Below, one piece after another: positions 38,565 to 48,759 of a DNA stretch of 60,208 nucleotides (its first letter is position 1; every line of letters begins with the position of its first letter). The translations under genes were made by a program, and so were the position numbers. Location: the NCBI GenBank assembly GCA_030550735.1, contig JAUQOT010000001.1, positions 1-60,208 of the forward strand, given 5' to 3'. Source of the stretch: Patescibacteria group bacterium (GTDB lineage: Bacteria > Patescibacteriota > Minisyncoccia > UBA6257 > HR35). The notes under the pieces were generated by a model that saw only the letters and a program-made list of their open reading frames with translations, had not been told where the DNA came from and searched no databases.

Positions 38565-39115
38565 TATATTTTTAAAGGAAACCCTAAAAATGACCAAAGT
38601 TTAATATTTTCTTCTTTTGTTTTTCCTGAACCAACAAGATTTACCTCAAAACCAAAACTATATTTAATTTTATCAGAAATTGCTTCAGGAAAAATATTTA
38701 CTTCTTTAAAACCTAAATTAAGATTTCCTTTTTTATCAAGATGATTAGGATAGATTCCCTTAAAATCTTTTGCTCGCGGAAGAGCATAGGTTATTAGTCT
38801 TTCAATAAAATCGAGAAGTCGCTTTTTTCTTAAAGTAACTAAAACAGCAACTGGCATACCTTTTCTTAACTTAAAACCAGCTACTGACTTTCTTGCTAAA
38901 ACTAATTTTGGTTTTTGTCCTGTTATCATGGAAATAACGTATGAAGCATCTTCAATAATCTTATCTTTATTTTCTGGATGAGTTGAAATTAATTTCCCAA
39001 TACCAATCTGAACAATTCCTTTAAGAGGCCGAGGAACTCTTAAATCATTCTTTAAGTTCAATTCTTTCTTGAGTTGAGGAATTATATGGGAATAAAAAGT
39101 CTCTCTTAAGGGCAT
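38564..39115 (-). CDS. rplE: Ribosomal protein L5
   Basis: 183 aa; ...[33 protein letters not shown]... Confidence 0.93.
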   Translation of the reverse strand: MPLRETFYSHIIPQLKKELNLKNDLRVPRPLKGIVQIGIGKLISTHPENKDKIIEDASYVISMITGQKPKLVLARKSVAGFKLRKGMPVAVLVTLRKKRLLDFIERLITYALPRAKDFKGIYPNHLDKKGNLNLGFKEVNIFPEAISDKIKYSFGFEVNLVGSGKTKEENIKLWSFLGFPLKI

Positions 39116-39116
39116 T

Positions 39117-39428
39117 TTAGTCTATAGAATTTTTACATTTCTTACAATATCTGACCTTTTTATTTTTTTCAGAACGAAAACCGACTTTTGTTGGTTTAGA
39201 ACATGAAGGACAAATCAATCTAACATTACTCCAAGAAATTGGAGCAGGAATTTCTATTATCCTTCCTTTTTCTTCCGCTCTTTTTGGTTTCACATGTTTT
39301 TTTACTAAATTTAATCCTTCAATAACAATTCTCATTTCTTTAGGAATCACTTTTATCACTTTGCCTTTCTTTCCTTTATCTTTCCCTTTAACTATTAATA
39401 CGGTGTCACCTTTTTTGATTTTATTCAT
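39117..39428 (-). CDS. rplX: Ribosomal protein L24
   Basis: MNKIKKGDTVLIVKGKDKGKKGKV (KOW) and a C-terminal CPSC...CKKC. First ATG is 39428. Confidence 0.9.
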   Translation of the reverse strand: MNKIKKGDTVLIVKGKDKGKKGKVIKVIPKEMRIVIEGLNLVKKHVKPKRAEEKGRIIEIPAPISWSNVRLICPSCSKPTKVGFRSEKNKKVRYCKKCKNSID

Positions 39429-39432
39429 TTTC

Positions 39433-39801
39433 CTAAACAATTTCCGGAGCTAGATTAGCGATTTTTTCGTAACCCAGCTCTTTAATTTCTCTTGGAATTG
39501 GACCAAAAATTCTAGTGCCATAAATATCTTTTTCTCCACGAAGAATTACACAAGCATTCTCCTCAAATCTAACATAAGTACCATCTTTTCGTCTAAATGG
39601 TTTTTTTTGTCTAACAACTAAACATCTAACAACCATTCCTTTTTGAATTTCTCTTCGTGGTTCAGCTTCTTTAACAGAACAAGTAATAATATCACCAATT
39701 TCAGCATAACGAGCATTTCCTTTTTTAACAATTCCAATACATTGAAGTTTTAAGGCTCCAGAATTATCGGCACACTTTAAAATTGTTCGTCTCTGAATCA
39801 T
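39433..39801 (-). CDS. rplN: Ribosomal protein L14
   Basis: [22 protein letters not shown]... Confidence 0.94.
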   Translation of the reverse strand: MIQRRTILKCADNSGALKLQCIGIVKKGNARYAEIGDIITCSVKEAEPRREIQKGMVVRCLVVRQKKPFRRKDGTYVRFEENACVILRGEKDIYGTRIFGPIPREIKELGYEKIANLAPEIV

Positions 39802-40043
39802 TTTTGAATTGATTTAATTATTTTTACTAAGCGCCACCTTTTTAACTTTGAAAGGGGTCTTGTTTCTTCAATTAAAACAAAATCGCCTATTTTTGATTCA
39901 TTCTTTTCATCATGTACATAATATTTTGTTCGATGTTTATAATATTTACCATAAAGAGGATGTTTTCGTAAGACTTCTCTCACGACAACTCTTGTTTTAT
40001 TCATTCGATCGGAAATAACTTTTCCTATAACACGCTTCCTCAT
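39798..40043 (-). CDS. rpsQ: Ribosomal protein S17
   Basis: [40 protein letters not shown]. Confidence 0.93.
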   Translation of the reverse strand: MRKRVIGKVISDRMNKTRVVVREVLRKHPLYGKYYKHRTKYYVHDEKNESKIGDFVLIEETRPLSKLKRWRLVKIIKSIQK

Positions 40044-40240
40044 TTTTTTTGACTTCTTAATTTTTCATTAATAACCGTTAAAACTCGTGCTAGATCTTTT
40101 CGGGTCAATTTTAAAAGATGTGGTTTATCTAATTTTTTTAAATTTTTTGCTATTCTAAGTTCTTGAATTTTTTTTCTTAATTCTTGCTCTAATTTTTTCA
40201 ATTCTTCAATTGTTTTATTTCTTAAATCTTTGGCTTTCAT
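40040..40240 (-). CDS. rpmC: Ribosomal protein L29
   Basis: [29 protein letters not shown]. Confidence 0.9.
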   Translation of the reverse strand: MKAKDLRNKTIEELKKLEQELRKKIQELRIAKNLKKLDKPHLLKLTRKDLARVLTVINEKLRSQKK

Positions 40241-40243
40241 GGG

Positions 40244-40657
40244 TTAAATTTCAGAAACAATTTTAGTTTTAACCGATAATTTTCGTTGAACATGATATAA
40301 TACTTTTTTTAAATCATTTGCTGGTAAACCACTAACTTCAAACATAATGGTTCCTGGTCTTACTACTGCTACATAAGTTTCAACATCTCCTTTTCCTCCT
40401 CCCATTCTTACTTCAGGTGGTTTCTTGGTTTTCGGTTTATGAGGAAAAATTCTTAACCAAAATCTACCTTTTTTTCCTAATCTTCGCTTTAATTCATTAA
40501 TAGCAGCTTCAATTTCTCTGCTATCAATCATTTTTGTTTCTAAAGATTTTAAACCCATTTCACCATGAACCAAAAGATGCCCTTTAGTAATAATTTTTCT
40601 TTTTAATGATCTACCTTTAAAAGCTTTACGATATTTTAACTTTTTAGGCTGTAACAT
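40244..40657 (-). CDS. rplP: Ribosomal protein L16
   Basis: MLQPKKLKYRKAFKGR...RMGGGKGDVE. ATG at 40657. Confidence 0.93.
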   Translation of the reverse strand: MLQPKKLKYRKAFKGRSLKRKIITKGHLLVHGEMGLKSLETKMIDSREIEAAINELKRRLGKKGRFWLRIFPHKPKTKKPPEVRMGGGKGDVETYVAVVRPGTIMFEVSGLPANDLKKVLYHVQRKLSVKTKIVSEI

Positions 40658-41327
40658 TATCAAAATAACCTATTTTGTCGCCCCGATAAAGCCAAACTTT
40701 AATTCCGATAATACCATATTTAGTAAAAGCTATTTTCGAAGCATAATCAATATCAGCAATTAACTTTGATAAGGGTATTTTTCCCCAACTAACGGTTTCA
40801 TGACGATGAATAGTAGCACCATCCAATCTTCCCGAAGCTTTGATTTTAATTCCTTGAATTTCTTTTGTATTTTTAGCTTTTTCAACAATGTTTTTGAGAA
40901 CAGTCCTCACTCTTCCACCTTTTTCAATTTGTAAAGCCGCTTGTTCCGCTAAATAGGCAGCATAGAGATTTGGTTTTTTAATTTCAACTACATTTATTTC
41001 AAGAGTTGGATAAGTTAAATTATGTTTTTGAAAAAGAGGTTTCAAAACTTTTTCTATTTTTTTGTAAAGTTTTTTAAGATTTTGTCCATCTTTTCCAATA
41101 ATAACTCCTGGTTTAACGGAAAAAACGTCAACCCTACAATGATCCAAACTCTTTCTTTCGATAATTACATCAATAATCCCTGCTTTCGGAAACAATTCAT
41201 CAATTGTTTTCCTTATTAAATAATCAGCTTCTAAAAAAACAGCCGTTTTTTTACTAAAAAGCCAACGTGATCTCCAATTTCTATTTATTCCTATTCTTAA
41301 AGCATAAGGTGGAACTTTGTGACCCAT
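40644..41327 (-). CDS. rpsC: Ribosomal protein S3
   Basis: MGHKVPPYALRIGINRNWRSRW... with a KH domain GVIIGKDGQNLKKL. Confidence 0.93.
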   Translation of the reverse strand: MGHKVPPYALRIGINRNWRSRWLFSKKTAVFLEADYLIRKTIDELFPKAGIIDVIIERKSLDHCRVDVFSVKPGVIIGKDGQNLKKLYKKIEKVLKPLFQKHNLTYPTLEINVVEIKKPNLYAAYLAEQAALQIEKGGRVRTVLKNIVEKAKNTKEIQGIKIKASGRLDGATIHRHETVSWGKIPLSKLIADIDYASKIAFTKYGIIGIKVWLYRGDKIGYFDNVTA

Positions 41328-41330
41328 TTT

Positions 41331-41663
41331 TTATTTTTCACTTAAAATAATTTCAATATGAGAAGTTTTTTTCTCTATCCTTCCAACGCGACCGCCAGCT
41401 TTAAAATAATATCTCTTAAGTGTTGGTCCTTTATTAACAAGAACGTTTTTAACATAAAGTTTACTTTTATCTAATCCTTTTTGCAAAGCATTATTTACAG
41501 CTGATCGAAGAAGTTTAAGTAAAACTTTAGCTGCTTTTTTATTTCGAAATAAGAGTTCTCTTTCGGCTCTTTCAATATCTAAACCTTTTATTATTTTACT
41601 CACAACTCGGACTTTTCGGGGACTCATTCTTAAATAACTTAATTTTGCTTTAACATCCGTCAT
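41331..41663 (-). CDS. rplV: Ribosomal protein L22
   Basis: [22 protein letters not shown]. Confidence 0.92.
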   Translation of the reverse strand: MTDVKAKLSYLRMSPRKVRVVSKIIKGLDIERAERELLFRNKKAAKVLLKLLRSAVNNALQKGLDKSKLYVKNVLVNKGPTLKRYYFKAGGRVGRIEKKTSHIEIILSEK

Positions 41664-41980
41664 TTCTGAGAACTTCCAGCTGCTAATTTTCTTTCTAATT
41701 CTCGAGCAGCTTTTCCACCGTGACGAATAAATTTACGAGTCGGAGCAAATTCTCCCAAACGATGACCAACCATATCTTCGATCACTTTTATTTTAATAAA
41801 TTGTTTCCCATTATGAACTTCAAAAACTAAGCCAATCATTTCCGGAGTAATTGTCGAATCACGAGACCAAGTTTTTATAGGATGTTTCTCCCATTCATCA
41901 CGGGGCAAAGATTTTACCTTCATTACTTTCTTGATTAATTTTGGATCAACAAAATCTCCTTTTTTTAAACTTCTTCCCAT
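41660..41980 (-). CDS. rpsS: Ribosomal protein S19
   Basis: [19 protein letters not shown]...[35 protein letters not shown] at 41980 (TAATG with rplB); the track start 42070 is TTG. Confidence 0.92.
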   Translation of the reverse strand: MGRSLKKGDFVDPKLIKKVMKVKSLPRDEWEKHPIKTWSRDSTITPEMIGLVFEVHNGKQFIKIKVIEDMVGHRLGEFAPTRKFIRHGGKAARELERKLAAGSSQK

Positions 41981-42825
41981 TATCTTTTTCTTGGTCTTCT
42001 TTGCAAGATAAATTTCGTCGACGGTTTTCGAGGTGATCTTGTTTTTCTTCCACCAGTAACATTTCCCCAACGATCTTTAGCTTTTCGTGTTCCTCTTGGA
42101 GTTTTACCTTCACCACCACCATAAGGATGATCTCTAGCATTCATGGCACTTCCTCTTACATGTGGTCTCCATCCCTTCCATCTTGCTCTTCCTGCTTTTC
42201 CGATAACTACATTCCGGTAATCTGAATTAGAAACCCTACCAATTGTTGCATAACAATTTTTATGAATTTTTCTTATTTCTCCTGAAGGAAGTTTAATAAT
42301 CGCATAGTCACCTTCAATTCCTAACATTAAACCAAAACTTCCTGCTGATCTTATAAGCTTTCCACCAGAACCAGGAAAAATCTCAATCTCAAAAATTTCT
42401 GTTCCTGGATTAATATTTTTTAAAGGAAGACGGTTGCCTAATTTAATTTCAGCATTTTCGCTACAAATTATTTCATCTCCAACTTTAATCTCCGAAGGAG
42501 CCAAATGATACCTTCTTTCTCCATCTTTATAACAAACAAGCATAATAAAAGCTGTTCGGTTAGGATCATATTCAATTGTTTCAACTTTAGCAGGAATATC
42601 TTTTTTATCTAAACGGGAAAAATCAATTAATCGATAAAGTCTTCGATGATAAGGATTGGCACGAAACCTCGTAGTAATTCTTCCTTGGTTATTTCTGGCA
42701 GTTCTTTTTTTCAGAGAAATTAAAAGAGGTTTATAAGGTTCATCAGTTGTTAAAACTTTCTTATAATCAATTACACCCTTGACAATCTTACTTTTACTTC
42801 TTGACTTAACAATTTTTACTGGCAT
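41980..42825 (-). CDS. rplB: Ribosomal protein L2
   Basis: ...[13 protein letters not shown]...[19 protein letters not shown]. Confidence 0.94.
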   Translation of the reverse strand: MPVKIVKSRSKSKIVKGVIDYKKVLTTDEPYKPLLISLKKRTARNNQGRITTRFRANPYHRRLYRLIDFSRLDKKDIPAKVETIEYDPNRTAFIMLVCYKDGERRYHLAPSEIKVGDEIICSENAEIKLGNRLPLKNINPGTEIFEIEIFPGSGGKLIRSAGSFGLMLGIEGDYAIIKLPSGEIRKIHKNCYATIGRVSNSDYRNVVIGKAGRARWKGWRPHVRGSAMNARDHPYGGGEGKTPRGTRKAKDRWGNVTGGRKTRSPRKPSTKFILQRRPRKR

Positions 42826-42884
42826 TTTTTTAAAAAATAAAAAAAATTAGGGCAATATATTTTAATTTTACCATAAAATTTAAA

Positions 42885-43268
42885 CTATGTTTCGAAAAAT
42901 GGCAAACTTTCGCCTTCTTTAAGTTTTATTAGAGCTTTTTTAAACTTTGGCCTTTTGCTTTTTATTCGAAAAACTCCTCTAATTCTTTTGGGGTAATTAA
43001 TGGTTCTAATACTTAGCGGATTTACTTTAAAATTACTTTTAATAATTTGTTTAATTTGATTTTTATTCAATTTTGGATCAACTAGAAAAGTATAAACGTT
43101 TTCTTCCCTTGCCAGTTTTAAACTTTTTTCGCTTATATAAGGAATAAATAAGTACTTGCTTTCTAATGATACAGGTATTTCTCTAATTTCTTCTTTCTTT
43201 TCTTCTTCTTTTTCTTTCTTTTTCTTACCCCAAATTTTACCTCCCCAAATTTTATCCCACAAGGACAT
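42885..43268 (-). CDS. rplW: Ribosomal protein L23 with Lys/Glu-rich N-terminal extension
   Basis: Core ...IPYISEKSLKLAREENVYTFLVDPKLNKNQIKQ..., preceded by about 35 extra residues MSLWDKIWGGKIWGKKKKEKEEEKKEE. No internal Met. Confidence 0.85.
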   Translation of the reverse strand: MSLWDKIWGGKIWGKKKKEKEEEKKEEIREIPVSLESKYLFIPYISEKSLKLAREENVYTFLVDPKLNKNQIKQIIKSNFKVNPLSIRTINYPKRIRGVFRIKSKRPKFKKALIKLKEGESLPFFET

Positions 43269-43270
43269 GG

Positions 43271-43915
43271 TTAAATTTTAAAAGTTTCTTGAATTTTTTG
43301 AATCGCTCCTTTTTCTAAAAAAATATATTTATGGTTTAAAAGAGAAAGAATATTTAAATTTCTTGCTGAAATAGTGTTAGCATAGGGCAAATTTCTTACA
43401 GCGTAATTAATTTCTTTGGAATCGTTTTCCGTTACTAAAAGAACTGTTTCTCTTTTCTTTTTTGTTTTTCTTTCTTCCAAAAAATTTTTTAAAAATTCTT
43501 CAGCTTTTTTAGTTTTTTTAGCAAAATCAAACTTTTCAAAAACTTTTAATAAATTTCTTCTAATTTTTTCTGAAAGAACAATAAAAATTGCTTTTCTTCT
43601 CATTTTTTTATTAATTTTCAATTCTCTCTTTTTTTCTTTTCTTGGACCAAAAGTCACTCCCCCACCTCTCCAAATCGGTGATCTTATTGAACCGTGTCTT
43701 GCTCTTCCGGTTCCTTTTTGTGGCCAAGGCTTTCTTCCTCCTCCCCTTACTTCACCTCTTGTCTTAGTATGAGCATAAGGAAAATAAGAATTCATCATTT
43801 GCCATCTCATTACTTGGTGAACTAAAGCATGGTTAAAAGGAAGAGAAAATTTCTCTTCTGGTAAATCTATTTCTTCAATCTTTTCTCCTTTTAAATTATA
43901 AACAGGGATTTTCAT
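43271..43915 (-). CDS. rplD: Ribosomal protein L4
   Basis: ...HTKTRGEVRGGGRKPWPQKGTGRARHGSIRSPIWRGGGVTFGP. Confidence 0.94.
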   Translation of the reverse strand: MKIPVYNLKGEKIEEIDLPEEKFSLPFNHALVHQVMRWQMMNSYFPYAHTKTRGEVRGGGRKPWPQKGTGRARHGSIRSPIWRGGGVTFGPRKEKKRELKINKKMRRKAIFIVLSEKIRRNLLKVFEKFDFAKKTKKAEEFLKNFLEERKTKKKRETVLLVTENDSKEINYAVRNLPYANTISARNLNILSLLNHKYIFLEKGAIQKIQETFKI

Positions 43916-43929
43916 TTGCTTTTAAATCT

Positions 43930-44610
43930 CTAAACCGATTTTAATGATTCTTTATAAAGGTAAATATTTCCTTTATTAGTTAGAAAATTGCTTCTTATTT
44001 CAAGAATGGCTTTATTAGAACCAGGAACACTTCCTCTAACAACAAGCAAATTATTTTCAGGAAGAATATCAACAATTTCTAAATTTTTCACTGTAACAAA
44101 TATTGGTGAGATTTTTCCTGCCATTTTCTTTCCTTTAATTACTTTCTGAGGGTTAGTTCCACCAATTGAACCTGGATGTCTCAATCTATCTTCTTGACCA
44201 TGACTCTTAGGACCTCCACTAAAACCATGTCTTTTAACCACACCCTGAAAACCCTTAGCTTTTCTTTTTCCTCTGATATTTACAAATTCGCCAATTTCAA
44301 AAATATCAACTGTTAAAATATCTCCTATTTTAAAATTACTTAAACTTTGTTCAGGAATTCTAAATTCTTTTATCACTTCAAAGTTACCTAAATCTTTTAA
44401 AATTCCTTGGAGAGGTTTTTTTATCCTCTTTCGTTCTCCAAATCCTAAAATAACACTTGAATAACCATCTTTTTCTTTAGTTTTCAATCCAACAACTTTA
44501 CAAGGACCAGCTTGAATAACTGTTACCGGAATAGTAAAATCATTCTTAAAAATTTGAGTCATTCCCAATTTCTTTCCTAACAAAAATTTTGGTTTTAACT
44601 CTAGAATCAT
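43930..44610 (-). CDS. rplC: Ribosomal protein L3
   Basis: LLGKKLGMTQIF...GKRKAKGFQGVVKRHGFSGGPKSHG. Confidence 0.94.
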   Translation of the reverse strand: MILELKPKFLLGKKLGMTQIFKNDFTIPVTVIQAGPCKVVGLKTKEKDGYSSVILGFGERKRIKKPLQGILKDLGNFEVIKEFRIPEQSLSNFKIGDILTVDIFEIGEFVNIRGKRKAKGFQGVVKRHGFSGGPKSHGQEDRLRHPGSIGGTNPQKVIKGKKMAGKISPIFVTVKNLEIVDILPENNLLVVRGSVPGSNKAILEIRSNFLTNKGNIYLYKESLKSV

Positions 44611-44637
44611 AATTTTTAAGAGATTAAGTTTAAATTT

Positions 44638-44967
44638 TTAGTAGATTTTTATTTCAACCTCAATACCAGCGGGTAAATCAAGAGAATTAAAAATTTCTAA
44701 AATTCTTGGTGTTGGATTAATAACGTCAATCAATCTTTTATGAATAATAATTTCAAATTGTTCTCGAGAATCCTTATAAATAAATGGTGACCGATTAACA
44801 GTATATCTTTTAATTTCTGTAGGTAAGGGGACCGGCCCCCTAATCTGAACTCCCTCTTTCTTTAAAACATTAACAAATTCCTTTAAATATTTATCTAAAA
44901 GTCGGTGATCGTAAGATTTAAATCTAACTCTTATTTTATTTTCTGTCTTATTTTGAATTTTAGGCAT
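44638..44967 (-). CDS. rpsJ: Ribosomal protein S10
   Basis: KIRVRFKSYDHRLLDKY...GPVPLPTEIKRYTVNRSPFIYKDSREQFE. Confidence 0.94.
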   Translation of the reverse strand: MPKIQNKTENKIRVRFKSYDHRLLDKYLKEFVNVLKKEGVQIRGPVPLPTEIKRYTVNRSPFIYKDSREQFEIIIHKRLIDVINPTPRILEIFNSLDLPAGIEVEIKIY

Positions 44968-44975
44968 TTTATTTT

Positions 44976-46175
44976 TTATTTCAAGATTTTAGTCACCACA
45001 CCCGCACCAACTGTTTTTCCTCCTTCACGAATAGCAAATCTTAAACCTTCCTCAATAGCAATTGGATAAATTAATGAAACTTTTATTTTAGCGTTATCAC
45101 CAGGATTAACAAACTCAATTCCTTGGGGCAAAGTAATTTCTCCAGTAACATCGGTAGTTCTAAAATAAAATTGAGGCTTATATCCTGAAGTAAATGGAGT
45201 ATGTCTTCCTCCTTCTTCGGGAGTTAAAACATAAACTTCAGCTTCAAATTCAGTATGAGGAGTAACTGTACCTGGTTTGCAAACAACCATACCTCTATCA
45301 ACCTCTTCTTTTTTAACTCCTCTTAAAAGAAGACCAACGTTATCGCCGGCAATAGCTTCATCCATATCTTTATGAAACATTTGAATTCCAGTAACTACCG
45401 TTTTAAGAATGTCGTGCTTTAAACCAATTATTTCTACTTCTTCATTAAGTTTAATTTTCCCTCTTTCAATTCTTCCAGTAACAACTGTTCCTCTTCCTTC
45501 AATTGAAAAAGTATCTTCAATGGGCATTAAGAATGGTTTATCAATTTCTCTTACTGGTTCAGGGATATAATTATCCAAAGCATCAAGAAGTTCAAGAATC
45601 GGTTTTGCCCATGGATCGTCAAGTGATTTTGCTTCTAAAGCTTTTAGAGCAGAACCACGAATTACTGGAACTTCATCACCTGGATAACCATGTTTTTTAA
45701 GTTCAGCTCTAACATCTTCTTCAACTAAATCAACCAATTCTTTATCGGGTACCATATCGACTTTATTAATGAAAACAACAATTGCCGGAACATTAACCTG
45801 ACGAGCTAATAAAATATGTTCTCTTGTTTGGGCCATAACTCCATCATTTGCTGCAACAACTAAAATTGCTCCATCCATTTGAGCTGCACCCGTAATCATA
45901 TTTTTAATATAATCAGCATGACCAGGACAGTCGATATGAGCATAGTGTCTTTTCTCAGTCTCATATTCACAGTGATGAATGTTGATAGTTATTCCTCTTA
46001 ATTTTTCCTCTGGAGCTTTATCAATTTCTTCATAAGATAATGCTTTTTCCACAAGTCCTTTAAGCTTAAGAATATAAAGTATCGCTGCGGTGAGAGTTGT
46101 TTTTCCATGATCAATATGCCCGATTGTTCCAACATTAATATGAGGTTTTGTTCTTTCAAATTTTGCTGCTGCCAT
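44976..46175 (-). CDS. tuf: Elongation factor Tu
   Basis: [28 protein letters not shown]; 399 aa. Confidence 0.97.
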   Translation of the reverse strand: MAAAKFERTKPHINVGTIGHIDHGKTTLTAAILYILKLKGLVEKALSYEEIDKAPEEKLRGITINIHHCEYETEKRHYAHIDCPGHADYIKNMITGAAQMDGAILVVAANDGVMAQTREHILLARQVNVPAIVVFINKVDMVPDKELVDLVEEDVRAELKKHGYPGDEVPVIRGSALKALEAKSLDDPWAKPILELLDALDNYIPEPVREIDKPFLMPIEDTFSIEGRGTVVTGRIERGKIKLNEEVEIIGLKHDILKTVVTGIQMFHKDMDEAIAGDNVGLLLRGVKKEEVDRGMVVCKPGTVTPHTEFEAEVYVLTPEEGGRHTPFTSGYKPQFYFRTTDVTGEITLPQGIEFVNPGDNAKIKVSLIYPIAIEEGLRFAIREGGKTVGAGVVTKILK

Positions 46176-46251
46176 TTTTAATTTTTTAAGACAAAAATAA
46201 AAAGCGACCTCATTTAATATAAATTTTCAAAAATTTTAGGTTATTTTTCAA

Positions 46252-46281
46252 ATTTTATCATAATTTTTTAAAAAAAGTCAA
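46252..46281 (-). promoter_or_regulatory. Putative sigma70-type promoter of the tuf-S10-spc-secY-adk operon
   Basis: Minus strand reads TTGACT (rc of 46276-46281) - 18 nt - TAAAAT (rc of 46252-46257), about 75 nt upstream of the tuf ATG. Identical hexamers and spacing to the 16S candidate promoter. Confidence 0.5.
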
Positions 46282-46307
46282 TAAAAAAGGAGCCCTAACG
46301 GATCCTT
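46281..46307 (-). terminator. Putative intrinsic terminator after thrS
   Basis: Minus-strand RNA AAGGAUCC-GUUAG-GGGCUCCUU (7 bp with one mismatch) runs into UUUUUUAUU, about 50 nt downstream of the thrS stop. This is one of the few GC-containing hairpins in intergenic DNA. Confidence 0.45.
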
Positions 46308-46356
46308 CAAAATTTCTCAAACATGTAATGAGTAATCCGAAAATCAAGTATTAACA

Positions 46357-48165
46357 CTACAAACTCCTTTCTTCCAATATCTCAAAAAGCTTTTCAATTT
46401 TTACCTCACCAAGATCTCCTTCTCTTTTAATTCTCAAAGAAATTGTTCTATTTTTTTCCTCTTTTTCACCAACAACCACCATTAAAGGAATTTTTTCTTC
46501 TTCAGCTAATAAAATCCTTTTTGACAAAGATTCCTCGCTTCTAATTTCTCCACGAAACCCTTTTTCTTTAATTAAAGCTAAAACATTTTGAGCATAAGCT
46601 AAATTCTTTTCACTTACAGGCAAAATAACTACCTGAATTGGAGCAAGCCACAAAGGAAGTTCACCTCGAGTTGCTTCTAAAAGAAAACCTATAAATCTCT
46701 CATAGGAACCTAAAATTGCTCGGTGGATAACAATTGGGTTTTTTTCTTTCCCTTTTCTATCAATATAAATAAGGCCCATTCTTTTGGGAACCAAAATATC
46801 AACTTGAATAGTAGCTAAAGTTTCTTCCTTTCCATAAATATTATTAATCTGAATATCGAGTTTAGGTCCATAAAAAGCAGCTTCTCCAATTCCTTCAACT
46901 AATTCAAGTTTTCTTTTTTTACAAATATCTTTAATCAATCTACTTGCCCACTTCCAAAGTTTTAAATCGCCTCCATATTTTTCTTTATTTTTTCCTGAAA
47001 AATCAGGTAAAGATAACCTAAACCAGTAGTCTTTTATAACCTTTATTTCATTAAAAACTTCGAAAAACAAATCTAAAACTTTATTAAATTCTTCTTCAAG
47101 ATTCTCTTCAGTTGTGTAAATATGAGAATCATTTTGTGTAATTGGACCTCTAACTCTCATTAAACCATAAACTTCTCCAGATTTTTCATAACGGTAAACA
47201 GAACCAGCCTCAGCAAGTCTTAATGGTAAATCACGATAACTTTTAACTAATTCTTGATAAATCATATGATGATGAGGACAATTCATTGGTTTTAAATAGA
47301 AATCTTCACCTTCAGGATCAACAACTTTAAACATATCTTTTTGATAATAAACCAAGTGACCACTTTTTTCGTAAAGTTTATAAGAAGCAATGTGGGGGGT
47401 TGAAACATAAGTATAACCGTATTTTTCTTCTTTTTTTCTCATATAGTTCATTAAGATATGTTTTATCTTTTCACCGTTGGGCATTAAAAGTGGCAATCCT
47501 TTACCAACATAATTACTAATTAAGAAAATTTTTAATTTTTCACCTAAAACGCGGTGATTATATTTTTCAGCTATTTCTTGTCTTTCCAAGTATTCTTTCA
47601 ATTCTTTTTCTGTTTTAAAAGCAACCCCATAAATTCTTAAAAGCATTGGTCGTTTCTCATCTCCTCGCCAATAAGCACCAGCAATTTTTGTAAGTTTAAA
47701 CGAATTAGGATTTATTTCTTTAGTATTTTTAACATGTCCACCTCGGCATAAATCAATAAAATCTCCTGTTTGATAAATTGTTATCTTGTTTAGTTTTTTG
47801 GGTTTTTTCTTTTTTTCTTTAATAAGCTGAATTTCGTGATATTCGGTTGTTCCGTATTTTTTTAAATCATCTATAAGTTCAAGTTTAAATGGTTGATTTT
47901 TAAAAATCTTTTTTGCTTCAGAAAAACTAATTTTTTTGCCAACAAATTTTAAATTTTGCTTAATTAAATCTTTCATTATTTCTTCAAGTTTCTCAAGATA
48001 ACTTTCATCAATTTTTATCGATGGCAAAAAATCATAATAAAAACCCTCTTCAGTCGTTGGTCCAATTCCTAATTTTGCTTCAGGGTCAATTTTTAAAAAA
48101 GCACTTGCTAAAAGATGAGCCAAAGAATGTCTAAGATTTTTAAGATCTTGAAATTTTTTGTCCAT
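46357..48165 (-). CDS. thrS: Threonyl-tRNA synthetase lacking the N-terminal TGS domain
   Basis: Begins at the editing-domain motif LRHSLAHLLASA...GPTTEEGFYYDF. Then PMNCPHH, RVRGPITQNDSH, and an anticodon-binding C-terminus. Confidence 0.92.
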   Translation of the reverse strand: MDKKFQDLKNLRHSLAHLLASAFLKIDPEAKLGIGPTTEEGFYYDFLPSIKIDESYLEKLEEIMKDLIKQNLKFVGKKISFSEAKKIFKNQPFKLELIDDLKKYGTTEYHEIQLIKEKKKKPKKLNKITIYQTGDFIDLCRGGHVKNTKEINPNSFKLTKIAGAYWRGDEKRPMLLRIYGVAFKTEKELKEYLERQEIAEKYNHRVLGEKLKIFLISNYVGKGLPLLMPNGEKIKHILMNYMRKKEEKYGYTYVSTPHIASYKLYEKSGHLVYYQKDMFKVVDPEGEDFYLKPMNCPHHHMIYQELVKSYRDLPLRLAEAGSVYRYEKSGEVYGLMRVRGPITQNDSHIYTTEENLEEEFNKVLDLFFEVFNEIKVIKDYWFRLSLPDFSGKNKEKYGGDLKLWKWASRLIKDICKKRKLELVEGIGEAAFYGPKLDIQINNIYGKEETLATIQVDILVPKRMGLIYIDRKGKEKNPIVIHRAILGSYERFIGFLLEATRGELPLWLAPIQVVILPVSEKNLAYAQNVLALIKEKGFRGEIRSEESLSKRILLAEEEKIPLMVVVGEKEEKNRTISLRIKREGDLGEVKIEKLFEILEERSL

Positions 48166-48322
48166 GTTTTATAAGAAAAAGAACTGCTAAAAGAAAAATA
48201 TCGACGATGATTGAAAAGAAAACAAGTTTTTGATTTAAATTTACGATTATTTCTTTTTTAAAATAAAAAACTAAAGAAAAAAGAAGATCAGCTGTCCAAA
48301 ATCCTAAAAGAAAATTAATCAT
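48140..48322 (-). CDS. Possible small two-helix membrane protein
   Basis: 60-aa ORF with two hydrophobic helices. Its ATG overlaps the dtd stop (TAATG), as in genuine coupled genes here. It fills the dtd-thrS gap and overlaps the thrS start by 26 nt. Confidence 0.4.
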   Translation of the reverse strand: MINFLLGFWTADLLFSLVFYFKKEIIVNLNQKLVFFSIIVDIFLLAVLFLIKHGQKISRS

Positions 48323-48759
48323 TAAAAAGTTAAATAAAAATTAATAGGGCCTTGATTAAGACTTTCAATTTCAAGATAGCTTCCAAAATCAGTACTAAAA
48401 ACATTATAGCCATAATTTTTAAATAATCCAATAAGATTTTCGAAAATTTCTTTGGCTAATTGTGAATTAATTGAACTATTAAAATTTATCCTTCCTTTAG
48501 AAAAATTAGCTAAAAGAGTAATATTAGAAACAAAAACCAATTTTGGTTTAATTTCTTTAATTTTCTTTAAAAACCTACCTCCTTCCTCGATAATTTGAAG
48601 GTCTTCGAAATTTTTAACAATTTCCTGAAGATCTTTATTATCGTCGCCCCTTTCAATACCAACATAAACTAAATAACAAGGTTCATCATTAAGTTTTAAA
48701 ATTAGTTTTTCTTCTTTATAAATTTTTAAAGATTTAATTTTTTGAATCAAAAATCTCAT
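48322..48759 (-). CDS. dtd: D-aminoacyl-tRNA deacylase
   Basis: VFVSNITLLANFSKGRINF (SQFTLxADxxKGxRPSF pattern) and FGSYLEIESLNQGPINFYL (NDGPVT pattern); 145 aa. Confidence 0.8.
   Translation of the reverse strand: MRFLIQKIKSLKIYKEEKLILKLNDEPCYLVYVGIERGDDNKDLQEIVKNFEDLQIIEEGGRFLKKIKEIKPKLVFVSNITLLANFSKGRINFNSSINSQLAKEIFENLIGLFKNYGYNVFSTDFGSYLEIESLNQGPINFYLTF

Noticed and set aside
43416-43772. Antisense or alternate-frame ORFs in the track. Examples: 429-611, 1981-2259, 4869-5072, 15214-15414, 15536-15736, 19153-19413, 20987-21193, 26560-26871, 32379-32561, 32941-33168, 37316-37639. Further examples: 38547-38744, 41022-41219, 41946-42140, 43416-43772, 45503-45700, 50478-50747, 52433-52645, 55193-55402, 55744-55941.
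   Set aside because: Each is fully embedded in, or opposite to, a confidently identified conserved gene. Their products are low-complexity F/L/I/K/S-rich translations typical of AT-rich shadow frames.
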